Positions 50,063-58,288 of a stretch of 64,000 bases of DNA are shown here, piece by piece (within the stretch, counting starts at the first letter, position 1; each line of letters begins with the position of its first letter). The stretch is from Mycobacteriales bacterium (GTDB taxonomy: Bacteria; Actinomycetota; Actinomycetes; Mycobacteriales; QHCD01): contig DASXJE010000046.1 in the NCBI GenBank assembly GCA_036497565.1, positions 15,929-79,928 of the forward strand, given 5' to 3'. Position numbers and translations under genes: made by a program. The notes below the pieces were generated by a model. That model ran no database searches. It was not told the DNA's origin and saw only the letters and a program-made list of their open reading frames with translations.

Positions 50063-51259
50063 CTAAGTGTGCGACCCCGGATCGTGCGCGTCGTGCGCGT
50101 GCCCGCTGGAATCCGAACTCTCCGGACCCCCACCCATCATCCGCAGCATCGGGACGCCGCCGGTGCGCCAGAACCGCCAGACCAGTCCCGCCGCGAGGAT
50201 CAGGAACACGATGTTGAGCCAGGTCGTGTAGTTCCAGCTGATCCCGGAGTCGACGACCTTCGCCGTACGGGTCGAGGGGATCAGGCCGAGCGGGGTGAAG
50301 ACCAGCTCGACGACGTAGCCCGCGGCGGCCATCGTCACGTAGAACAGCGCCAGGATCCGCAGCATCATCGCCGTGCCGTAGTACTTCCGATAGATCAGCA
50401 GGATCGGGATGATGATGAGGTCGGCAAAGATGAACGCCACGACACCGCCGAAACTGATCCCGCCGTTCCACAGCACCGCAGCGAGCGGCACGTTGCCGAT
50501 CGAACACACGAACGAGATCACCGCGACGAGCGGTCCGATCAACGGTCCCCAGATCTTGGCGACCGTCGGGTCGCTGCTGAGGAAGACGTCGCGTAGCCAC
50601 GATTCAGGGACCCAGGCGGCGAACGCGCCCGCGATCAGCAGTCCGACGACGATGTCGCGGTAGACCGCCGCCCACTCCATCACGAAGATGTGCGAGGTGC
50701 TCGTGATGCCGGCCGGCGTACGCAGCCGACGCCAGATCGGGCCGGTCGCGTCGACGGACATGTCCATCGCAGCATGGCCTTCCATCGACCCGGCCACGCC
50801 CTTGTCGGCCTGCCTGCGGGCCGCCTCCACGATGCGGCGGTGGACGAACAACCGGAACAGCACGGCCAACAGCACGATCATGACCGGGCCGCCGACGAAC
50901 TCGGCCAGGGTGAACTGCCATCCCATGAGGAGTGCGAGGATGATTCCGAGCTCGACGACGAGGTTGGTGCTCGCGATCATGAAGGCCATCGCGGCGGTGA
51001 AGTTGGCGCCCTTGCGGAACAACGATCGGGCCAGCGCGACGGCGGCGTAAGAACACGACGACGACGCGATGCCCAGTCCGGTCGCGGTTGCCAGCGACCT
51101 GGGGCGGTCGTCGGGCAGCAGCCGTACGATCTCGTTCTTGTGCACGACCGCCTGCACCACGGCCGAGAGCGCGAACCCGAGGATCAGCGCCCAGAGGATC
51201 TCCCACGTCATCGACCCCGCGATGCCGAGGGCGTGCCCGATGGCGTTCAGGAACCGCAT
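50063..51259 (-). CDS. Predicted permease of the ArsP/DUF318 (YraQ-like) family with His-rich C-terminal tail, 398 aa
   Basis: ORF 50063..51259. About 8-10 TM helices, conserved Cys contexts GIASSSCSYAA and FVCSIGNVPLAA. C-terminus SSGHAHDAHDPGSHT. Family assignment by recognition only. Confidence 0.75.
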   Translation of the reverse strand: MRFLNAIGHALGIAGSMTWEILWALILGFALSAVVQAVVHKNEIVRLLPDDRPRSLATATGLGIASSSCSYAAVALARSLFRKGANFTAAMAFMIASTNLVVELGIILALLMGWQFTLAEFVGGPVMIVLLAVLFRLFVHRRIVEAARRQADKGVAGSMEGHAAMDMSVDATGPIWRRLRTPAGITSTSHIFVMEWAAVYRDIVVGLLIAGAFAAWVPESWLRDVFLSSDPTVAKIWGPLIGPLVAVISFVCSIGNVPLAAVLWNGGISFGGVVAFIFADLIIIPILLIYRKYYGTAMMLRILALFYVTMAAAGYVVELVFTPLGLIPSTRTAKVVDSGISWNYTTWLNIVFLILAAGLVWRFWRTGGVPMLRMMGGGPESSDSSGHAHDAHDPGSHT

Positions 51260-51378
51260 GGTCGGGAGACTACTACATACCCCTAGGCGGTATATGGGCC
51301 ACCGTGCCCGCGATCACCACTGCCGATGTCGCCGGTGTCAATGAGGCGCCGGATCGATCGCGCGCCTAGGCTCTTCCC

Positions 51379-52086
51379 GTGACGACCGAGCGGTCGTCGG
51401 CTCGGGTGCTGGTGGTCGACGACGATCCGACAGTGAGCGACGTCGTACGCCGATATCTCGAGCGCGACCATCTGACCGTCGACGTGGTCGGCGACGGAGC
51501 GGTCGCGCTCGCCCGCGCCCTGGCCGATCCGCCCGACCTGGTGGTGCTCGATCTGATGCTGCCCGGCCTGTCCGGGCTCGAGGTGTGCCGGGCGTTGCGG
51601 GCCGCGCACCCGGTGCCGATCGTCATGCTCACGGCTCTGGGGGACGAGGCCGACCGGGTGCTCGGTCTGGAGGTGGGCGCCGATGACTACCTGACCAAGC
51701 CGTTCTCGCCACGGGAGCTGAGCCTGCGGGTGAAGTCGGTGTTGCGTCGTACATCCGTGCCGCCGCGGCCGACCGAGGTGGTGCTGCGCGACGGGGGCCT
51801 GGTCGTTGATGTCGCTGCTCACCACGCCTCGCTCGACGGAGTCGAACTCACCGTCACCGCCCGTGAGTTCGATCTGCTCGCGTTTCTGCTTGCCCACCCC
51901 GGGAGGGCATTCAGTCGGACCGAGCTGTTCGAACGGGTGTGGGGCTGGACCTTCGGCGATCACGCGACGGTGACCGTGCACGTCCGCCGGCTGCGGGAGA
52001 AGATCGAGCCGGATGCGTCGGCGCCGACCCGGATCGTGACGGTGTGGGGTGTCGGCTACCGCTACGACGCCGAGGTGTCGGCATGA
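51379..52086 (+). CDS. OmpR-family response regulator, 235 aa
   Basis: ORF 51379..52086. Receiver VLVVDDD...[11 protein letters not shown]...KPF. Winged helix TVWGVGYRY. Confidence 0.9.
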   Translation: MTTERSSARVLVVDDDPTVSDVVRRYLERDHLTVDVVGDGAVALARALADPPDLVVLDLMLPGLSGLEVCRALRAAHPVPIVMLTALGDEADRVLGLEVGADDYLTKPFSPRELSLRVKSVLRRTSVPPRPTEVVLRDGGLVVDVAAHHASLDGVELTVTAREFDLLAFLLAHPGRAFSRTELFERVWGWTFGDHATVTVHVRRLREKIEPDASAPTRIVTVWGVGYRYDAEVSA

Positions 52087-53102
52087 TCCCGGACAGCTTC
52101 TCGGTCGCGGCGATCGCCGTGGGCTGCGCCCTTCCCGTTGTTCTCATCGGTGTCGTCGCGCTGTGGCTGCTGCGGCGCAGGTCGGTGACGGCCAACGTGT
52201 TCGTGGTGGTGCTGGTCGCTGTGCTGTCGGTGGTCAGCGGGGTCGTCGGGACCGCGTCGGCGATGTTCCTGTCCGGTCATGACCTCGGTGTCGTGCTGAT
52301 GGTGGTTGCGGTCGCGGGTCTGGTCGGCCTGAGCTCGGCGCTGATCCTAGGTCGCCGCCTGGCCCGGGCGAGCGTGTGGGAGCGGGAGGCCCGGATGCGG
52401 GAGCGGGCACTGGAGGCGAGCCGACGTGAGCTGGTCGCGTGGGTGTCGCACGATCTGCGGACGCCGCTCGCGGGGCTCCGCGCGATGGCGGAGGCGCTTG
52501 AAGACGGCGTGGTGGACGAACCCGCGCAGGTCGCCGATTATCACCGCCGGATCCGGTGCGAGACCGACCGGTTGGCCGGGATGGTCGACGACCTTTTCGA
52601 GCTGTCGCGGATTCAGGCCGGTGCGCTCGCGCTGCACTGGGATGTGGTGTCGCTGGCCGATCTGGTGTCCGACGCGGTCGCCTCGACGCTGCCCGCGGCG
52701 CAGGCCAAGCGGGTCGTCATCCGCGCCGAGGGCTCGGCCTGGCCGGTGGTCCGCGGCAGCGACGCGGAACTGTCCCGGGTGATGCGCAATCTGCTGGCGA
52801 ACGCGATCCGGCATACGCCGACCGACGGCACGGTGGTGGTCGCGGCCGGTGCGGACACCGACGGCGCCTGGCTGATGGTGCAGGACGCCTGTGGCGGTAT
52901 CCCGTCCGGGGACCTGCCGCGGATCTTCGACGTCGCGTTCCGGGGCGAGTCGGCGCGGTCGCCGCAGACCGCCCTCGACGGCGGAGCGGGTCTGGGGCTG
53001 GCGATCGCCCGAGGCCTCATCGAGGCCCACCAAGGTGAGATCGCGGTCGAGAACGTCGACCACGGATGCCGATTCATGATCCGCCTACCGCAGCACAGCT
53101 GA
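52083..53102 (+). CDS. Sensor histidine kinase, 339 aa
   Basis: Residue 49 of ORF 51939..53102 starts [13 protein letters not shown]. Two or three TM helices, H-box [10 protein letters not shown]-box [11 protein letters not shown]-box [14 protein letters not shown] overlap with the regulator stop. Confidence 0.9.
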   Translation: MIPDSFSVAAIAVGCALPVVLIGVVALWLLRRRSVTANVFVVVLVAVLSVVSGVVGTASAMFLSGHDLGVVLMVVAVAGLVGLSSALILGRRLARASVWEREARMRERALEASRRELVAWVSHDLRTPLAGLRAMAEALEDGVVDEPAQVADYHRRIRCETDRLAGMVDDLFELSRIQAGALALHWDVVSLADLVSDAVASTLPAAQAKRVVIRAEGSAWPVVRGSDAELSRVMRNLLANAIRHTPTDGTVVVAAGADTDGAWLMVQDACGGIPSGDLPRIFDVAFRGESARSPQTALDGGAGLGLAIARGLIEAHQGEIAVENVDHGCRFMIRLPQHS

Positions 53103-53228
53103 GGCGCCGGCTACGCCATCGATCGGCGCAGAACCCCCGGCCCGTACGCCGCCCACACAGCGGCGTACACTCTAGGTAGCCAGGTCGCTACTTTAAGCGA
53201 CAGGCTGGTGAGGTCCGAGGCGGTGGGT

Positions 53229-54089
53229 ATGAGAAGGTATCGCCGGATCGTCACTGCCGTCGCAATCGGGGGAAGTGCCGCGATTGTGCTGGGCGCCGTC
53301 CCCTGGGTGTCCGCCGCCGAGGGGGCGACCGGTTCGGTCGTGCACCGGACGCTGCTCACCGGCGCCGATACGGCCGATGGCCGATTCGGCGCAGCCAACG
53401 CGCGGATCGGTCCGCTGCATGCGGTGCGGCGCTTTTACTCCGGTGCGCTGCCCTCGCGTTATTCGAAGCTTCATGTGCCGCGCGGCGTCGTGGCGTTCGT
53501 CTCTTACAAGACACCGAGCCGCAGAACCGTTGCGTTCGCCAGGTCATGCCCGCCGGGCACCCGGATCATCTTTCACCATGAGCCGGAGAACGACTACGGC
53601 GGAAACGGAGCGGCGTTCGTCGCCCAGTACGAGCGGCAGTACCACGTACTGAAGGCAGCCAACCGGCGGCTCCGCGTCGGCATGGCGGCGATGTCCTACC
53701 AGTACGCCGGCGGTCGTCACGGCCAGTCCGGGCGATTCCTGCCACCGGCCAGTCGCGTCGACTTCTACGCGGTCGACAACTACGAGGCGAAGCCGTCCGG
53801 CAAGGGCCTCGCCGCCGATACCGCATTCCAACACTGGTACCGCCTGGTCCGACATCGCGGCAAGCCGCTGGTCTTTGCCGAATACGGCGTGGGGGTCAGC
53901 CCTGTGCACGCCAAGACGGACAGGTGGTCCCACCGGCGGGCAGCGACGTTCCGGGCCGATCGGCGGTGGCTGGTCGCCCACCCGGCCTTCACGACAGTCC
54001 TGTACTGGTACAACACCGGCGCCCGCGGCGACTGGCGATTCCGGGACGGCAGTTCGATCGCCGCGTGGAGAGCGCTCCGGAACCTGTGA
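53229..54089 (+). CDS. Secreted hypothetical protein, possibly a clan GH-A (GH26/GH5-like) glycoside hydrolase, 286 aa
   Basis: Residue 8 of ORF 53208..54089 starts MRRYRRIVTAVAIGGSAAIVLGAVPWVSAAEG (signal peptide). FHHEPEND and LVFAEYG resemble the acid/base and nucleophile Glu motifs of GH-A TIM barrels. Codon use is atypical (AGA/AGG, TAT, ATT). Confidence 0.5.
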   Translation: MRRYRRIVTAVAIGGSAAIVLGAVPWVSAAEGATGSVVHRTLLTGADTADGRFGAANARIGPLHAVRRFYSGALPSRYSKLHVPRGVVAFVSYKTPSRRTVAFARSCPPGTRIIFHHEPENDYGGNGAAFVAQYERQYHVLKAANRRLRVGMAAMSYQYAGGRHGQSGRFLPPASRVDFYAVDNYEAKPSGKGLAADTAFQHWYRLVRHRGKPLVFAEYGVGVSPVHAKTDRWSHRRAATFRADRRWLVAHPAFTTVLYWYNTGARGDWRFRDGSSIAAWRALRNL

Positions 54090-54176
54090 CCGTGGTCGAC
54101 GTCCAGCGCGCTGCGTTTCCTTGGCCGGAACACCCGAGGACCCGGTCACGCTTGCGCATGACCGGGTCCAAGGGGT

Positions 54177-55313
54177 TCAGGAGGCGGCGATCCCTTCGCC
54201 TCCGACGGCGTCCGGAACGGTGACCGAGCCCAGCGGGGTCAAAGACCCGCGGTCGCCGACGCGGTACTCGTCCACGATTCCGTTTGCGCCCGTCTGCACG
54301 TAGACGTAGCGGCCGCCGGCGGTCGCGGCGGAGTCGACGGTGCCAGGATCGGTGGCCGTCGTACCGAGCGCCTGGAGCGCACCGGCGCCGCGGTCCTGGT
54401 AGCCCGAGACGGTGCCGCTCCCGGCGTTGGAGGCGTAGAAGTTCGCGCCGACGCGCAGGATCCAGCAGGTCGCGGCCTGCCCGGTCGCCGCCTGGGTAAT
54501 GGCGCTGAGGGTGCCGTCGCGGTGCAGGCGGAAGGTGGCCACCGCGTTGGGACCGGCTTCAGTGACGACCAGGTGACCCGCGGCGTCGAAGGTCAACGCG
54601 AACGGGACCGCGGCAGGCTCGACGTTGACGACCGGTGTGGTTGACGGGCCGCGGAGTCCGTGCAGCGCGAAGACGTCGATCGCGTTGCCGTTCGCCTTGG
54701 TGGTGACAATGAGCTTGGAGCCGTCGGGCGTGAACGTGACCTGGCCGGGCGTGCTGGTGAACTCCGGCGTCATCGTCGGGTCGAGCCCGAGGCTGCGGTG
54801 CCAGGCAGGGATGCGCAGCAGGGTGTCTCCGACGCGCAGGTAGCCCTGGATCGAGCCTCCGTTGCGGGCGTTGAGGACATAGACGAGGTGGCCGTGTTCG
54901 GCGATGCTGACGGGAAACGACCCGCCCGACGAGGTCACCTGGTGCCGGGAGAGACGGTCGCCGCGGACGGTGAAGGACGTGATCGTGTTGCTTCCGGCGT
55001 TGACGGCGTACAGCAGGCCGCGGGCGCGGTCGTAGGTCAGCGAGCCCTGCGACGCCAGGTGGTCGACGACCGACCCGGCGAGCACGCCGCCGAGACCGCC
55101 GGTCGCGTAGGTCCCGCGCCGGTGCAGGCTGCCGTCGGGTGACCGGCGATAGGCGACGACGGCGTTGCCGCTCGGGTTATCAGTCTGGACGAACACGGCC
55201 GCCCGATGCGGGGACGGGTGATGTGCCGGCGACGCGGACGCCGGTACGGCGAAGATTGCGGTGGCGGCGAGGGCGAGTCCGCCGACGCCGGCGAGACGAA
55301 CGCTGCTCTTCAT
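54177..55313 (-). CDS. Secreted 7-bladed beta-propeller lactonase-family protein, 378 aa
   Basis: Residue 70 of ORF 54177..55520 starts MKSSVRLAGVGGLALAATAIFAVPASASPA (Sec signal). Repeated blade pattern (LYAVNAGSNTITSF, VYVLNARNGGSIQGY, FYASNAGSGTVSGY). GAGGAG SD upstream. Confidence 0.72.
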   Translation of the reverse strand: MKSSVRLAGVGGLALAATAIFAVPASASPAHHPSPHRAAVFVQTDNPSGNAVVAYRRSPDGSLHRRGTYATGGLGGVLAGSVVDHLASQGSLTYDRARGLLYAVNAGSNTITSFTVRGDRLSRHQVTSSGGSFPVSIAEHGHLVYVLNARNGGSIQGYLRVGDTLLRIPAWHRSLGLDPTMTPEFTSTPGQVTFTPDGSKLIVTTKANGNAIDVFALHGLRGPSTTPVVNVEPAAVPFALTFDAAGHLVVTEAGPNAVATFRLHRDGTLSAITQAATGQAATCWILRVGANFYASNAGSGTVSGYQDRGAGALQALGTTATDPGTVDSAATAGGRYVYVQTGANGIVDEYRVGDRGSLTPLGSVTVPDAVGGEGIAAS

Positions 55314-55466
55314 GATTCTCCTCAGATGAACGCCAGTCGGATGGGAGATCGTGGTGTTCCTCAGGCGGATACTCACCCTGCTGCCGGCCGAAATCGAGGT
55401 CGTTTCGCACTTCGTAAGACTTGGCGCGGACCCGTACGCGACCGATGCGACCCCCGGCGGCCCCGG

Positions 55467-55691
55467 CGACATCGTGCCCGCTACTCGCATCTCGGGGCCA
55501 TTCCTGCGAGTACGGCGCACGATGTCGGCCGCCGTACGCGACCCCGGGCGACATCGGACGCGCTACTCGCAAAAAGCGCCGCAAAATGCGAGTACAGCGT
55601 CCGATGTCGACCTCCGGGGCCGAGCCCCGGCGACATCGTGCGCGCTACTCGCATCTCGAGGCCATTCCTGCGAGTACGGCGCACGATGTCG
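55467..55691. repeat. Tandem array of three 82-bp units, each a 23-nt arm / 15-nt loop / 23-nt arm hairpin
   Basis: Hairpins at 55467-55527, 55549-55609 and 55631-55691, with an exact 82-bp period. Arms are CGACATCG[TG/GA]C[C/G]CGCTACTCGCA and TGCGAGTAC[G/A]GCG[CA/TC]CGATGTCG. Units 1 and 3 are nearly identical; unit 2 is a variant. Confidence 0.85.
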
Positions 55692-55731
55692 GCCGCCGTG
55701 CGCGAACCGCCGCCCGTAGGTGGCCCCGGCG

Positions 55732-57435
55732 TCAGAGTTCCGCGAGGAGGTGATCGCGGCGGCGGGCGAGCACCTCTACCGTCGCCGATGCCGACGGCGG
55801 GCCGGGTACGGCGACGCGCAGCCGCATGTGCACAGCGGCGTGCGGCGACCCGGTGCGGGCGGCGACCTGGGCGACGAGGCTGTTGACCTCCCGCCGCAGT
55901 GCGGCGGCGGTTTCCCATGAGGTGTCGGGCGTGTCGTCGGACTCCCCGCCGGCCGGGCCGGGAACGGTGCGCGCCCGCAACTCGCGGTCGCGGCGGGCGA
56001 GCAGCGCGGCGGTCTGCTCCGGGGAGAGCAGCCCGGGCAGGCCGAGAAAGTCCTCGTCGTCGTCGGTGAGCGGTTCGGCGCTGCCGACCACCGCCTGCCC
56101 GGCGTGCAGCACGTGCGCGAACTCCGCCTCGGCGTGCAACGCCTCCCAGTCACCGCGCGCGCCCCGCTCGGCCTCGCTCTCCGGCACCGGATCGAGCAGG
56201 TCGTCGCTGTCCGGCTTGGGCCCGGGCGTGACGTGGTTGCGCTCGGATTCCATGTCCGCGGCCAGGGTGAGCAGCGGACGTACGGCGGGCAGGAAGACGG
56301 TCGCGGACTCCCCCGCGCGACGCGCCCGCACCACCCGGCCGACGGCCTGCGCGAAGAACAACGGAGTGCGGTACGACGTCAGCCACGCCAGGCAGGCAGC
56401 CCGGGGCAGGTCGACGCCCTCACTGATCATCCGCACGCAGACCGCGATCCGCTGCGCGGACTCGGTGAACGCCGCGATCTTCGCGCTGGCCTTCGGATCG
56501 TCGCTGAGGATCAGCGTGGGTCGTTCGCCGGTCACCTGCTCGACGATCCGCGCGTACGCGCGCGCGTCCTCATGGTCGCTCGCCAGGACCAGCCCCGCGG
56601 CGTCCTCCATGCCCGCCTCGCGCAGGTGGGTGATGCGGTCGTCCATCGCCGCGACGACGTGCGGCACCCACTGCCCGCGCGGGTCGAGCGCGGTCCGCCA
56701 CGCCGCCGCCTCGGTGCTCTTGGTCAGCGGTTCGGTGAGGGACGCGGCCACCACCTCGCCGGCGGAGTTCCGCCACCGGGAGACGCCGGTGTAGGCCGCG
56801 AAGACGACCGGGCGTACGACCCCGTCAGCCAGCGCGTCGCGGTAGCCGTAGCTGAAGTCGGCGACGCTCGCCAACGCGCCCTCTCCGTCGTCGGTGTACC
56901 GCACGAACGGGATCCGCTCGTCGGCCCGGGTCCGGAAGGGTGTCCCGGTGAGCGCCAGGCGCTGGCGGGCCGGGTCGAACGCCTCCAGTACGGCGTCCCC
57001 CCACGACAGTCCGTCGCCGGCGTGGTGGATCTCGTCGAGGATCACCAGGCTGGGCCGGGCCTCGACCCGACGCCGGTGCAGCATCGGTTTGGCCGCGACC
57101 TGGGCGTAGGTCGCCACGTAACCGGTCGAGTCGGCGCGCACCGGCCCGGTCGCGTTGGACAGATGGGGATCGAGCGCGATGCCCGCGGCGGCCGAAGCCT
57201 GCGCCCACTGCAGGCGCAGATGATCGGTCGGGCAGACGACGACGACCCGCGCCACCCGTCGACTCGCCAGGAGCCGCGCCGCGGCAGTCAGCGCGAAGGT
57301 CGTCTTGCCCGAGCCGGGCGTCGCGGTCACCAGGAAGTCCTCGTGCGCGCCGTCGCCGTACGCCTCGAGTGCAGCGCGCTGCCACGCGCGCAGCGGCCGG
57401 CCGGGTTCAGGTCGCAGTATCGTGCCGACACTCAA
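55732..57435 (-). CDS. Superfamily 2 DEAH-type helicase (type III restriction res-subunit-like helicase core), 567 aa
   Basis: ORF 55732..57435, TTG start. Walker A TATPGSGKTT, motif II ILDEIHHAG, motif III LTGTPFR, motif VI AQAVGRVVR. Acidic linker and conserved-looking C-terminal domain. Confidence 0.85.
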   Translation of the reverse strand: MSVGTILRPEPGRPLRAWQRAALEAYGDGAHEDFLVTATPGSGKTTFALTAAARLLASRRVARVVVVCPTDHLRLQWAQASAAAGIALDPHLSNATGPVRADSTGYVATYAQVAAKPMLHRRRVEARPSLVILDEIHHAGDGLSWGDAVLEAFDPARQRLALTGTPFRTRADERIPFVRYTDDGEGALASVADFSYGYRDALADGVVRPVVFAAYTGVSRWRNSAGEVVAASLTEPLTKSTEAAAWRTALDPRGQWVPHVVAAMDDRITHLREAGMEDAAGLVLASDHEDARAYARIVEQVTGERPTLILSDDPKASAKIAAFTESAQRIAVCVRMISEGVDLPRAACLAWLTSYRTPLFFAQAVGRVVRARRAGESATVFLPAVRPLLTLAADMESERNHVTPGPKPDSDDLLDPVPESEAERGARGDWEALHAEAEFAHVLHAGQAVVGSAEPLTDDDEDFLGLPGLLSPEQTAALLARRDRELRARTVPGPAGGESDDTPDTSWETAAALRREVNSLVAQVAARTGSPHAAVHMRLRVAVPGPPSASATVEVLARRRDHLLAEL

Positions 57436-57576
57436 CGGTGCTGCCGTCTCCGTTCGGGTCGTGGTTGCACCGCTGCCGCGCGGCGGGACACCGGCGCGGT
57501 CCGGGTGATCGGCGTTCCGACATTAGTGGGTGGGCACGGGTGGGCCGCACCACACCCAACAGCGTGTCGAAACCGA

Positions 57577-58080
57577 TCAGGCGTTGGCGTCGGCGCTGGC
57601 GCCGTGCAGGGCCGTCTGCAGCTCTGCTTCGTCCTTCTTGGACAGCGACGATTTCAGCACGGTGCCGCCGTACTTGCTCATCGCCTCGATGGCCTTGTCG
57701 GGCGTGGCGTGCTCGACGACGAGGAAGAGCGCCGACGTACCCGGCTGCAGCATGTCCCGGACCTGGTCCTGGAACTCCTTGTCGATCCCGACCTTCTCCA
57801 CCTTGCCCATCAGCGCGCCCAATCCGGCGCCGATGGCCATCCCGAAGACCGGGACGAAGAAGAGCAACCCGAACAGCACTCCCCAGAACATCCCCCACGT
57901 CGCGCCCCCGGCGACCGGGTGGTGGTTGGTCTCGACGTGGAACTTGCCTTCCCGGTCGCGTCGGATGACCGCGATCGCGTCCGGTTCGATGATCAGCTCC
58001 TTGGTGAGCCGCTGCGCCTCGTCGGCGGCCCTGGCGGCGGTCGTTTCGTCCGGATAGCCGATGGCGATCAGAGTGGACAT
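57577..58080 (-). CDS. DUF1269 family membrane protein, 167 aa
   Basis: Residue 123 of ORF 57577..58446 starts MSTLIAIGYPDETTAARAADEAQRL. Central glycine-zipper TM region GMFWGVLFGLLFFVPVFGMAIGAGLGALMG. Confidence 0.8.
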   Translation of the reverse strand: MSTLIAIGYPDETTAARAADEAQRLTKELIIEPDAIAVIRRDREGKFHVETNHHPVAGGATWGMFWGVLFGLLFFVPVFGMAIGAGLGALMGKVEKVGIDKEFQDQVRDMLQPGTSALFLVVEHATPDKAIEAMSKYGGTVLKSSLSKKDEAELQTALHGASADANA

Positions 58081-58288
58081 ACGGGCCTGCCTCGTCGGGA
58101 TGGTCGGGGGCGTGTGGTGGCGATCACGCTCCACCCGGGCGGCGGTCGGAGTCGTCATCCGGAGCGGATGAACGGCCGGTTTCGCCCGGACGAAGACCCA
58201 TCGAACCTCGGGGAAACCGCTGCACGGAGCGATCGGGGGTGCGAGCCTCGTTATGGCGCGGGTCCGACCGTGCCGAGGGGGCTTGGCG

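Noticed and set aside
55732-57435. The SF2 helicase as the core of a restriction or defence system.
   Set aside because: No adjacent methyltransferase, nuclease, ATPase partner or other defence-type gene is present. The neighbours are a DUF1269 membrane protein and a lactonase. The protein looks like a conserved stand-alone actinobacterial helicase.
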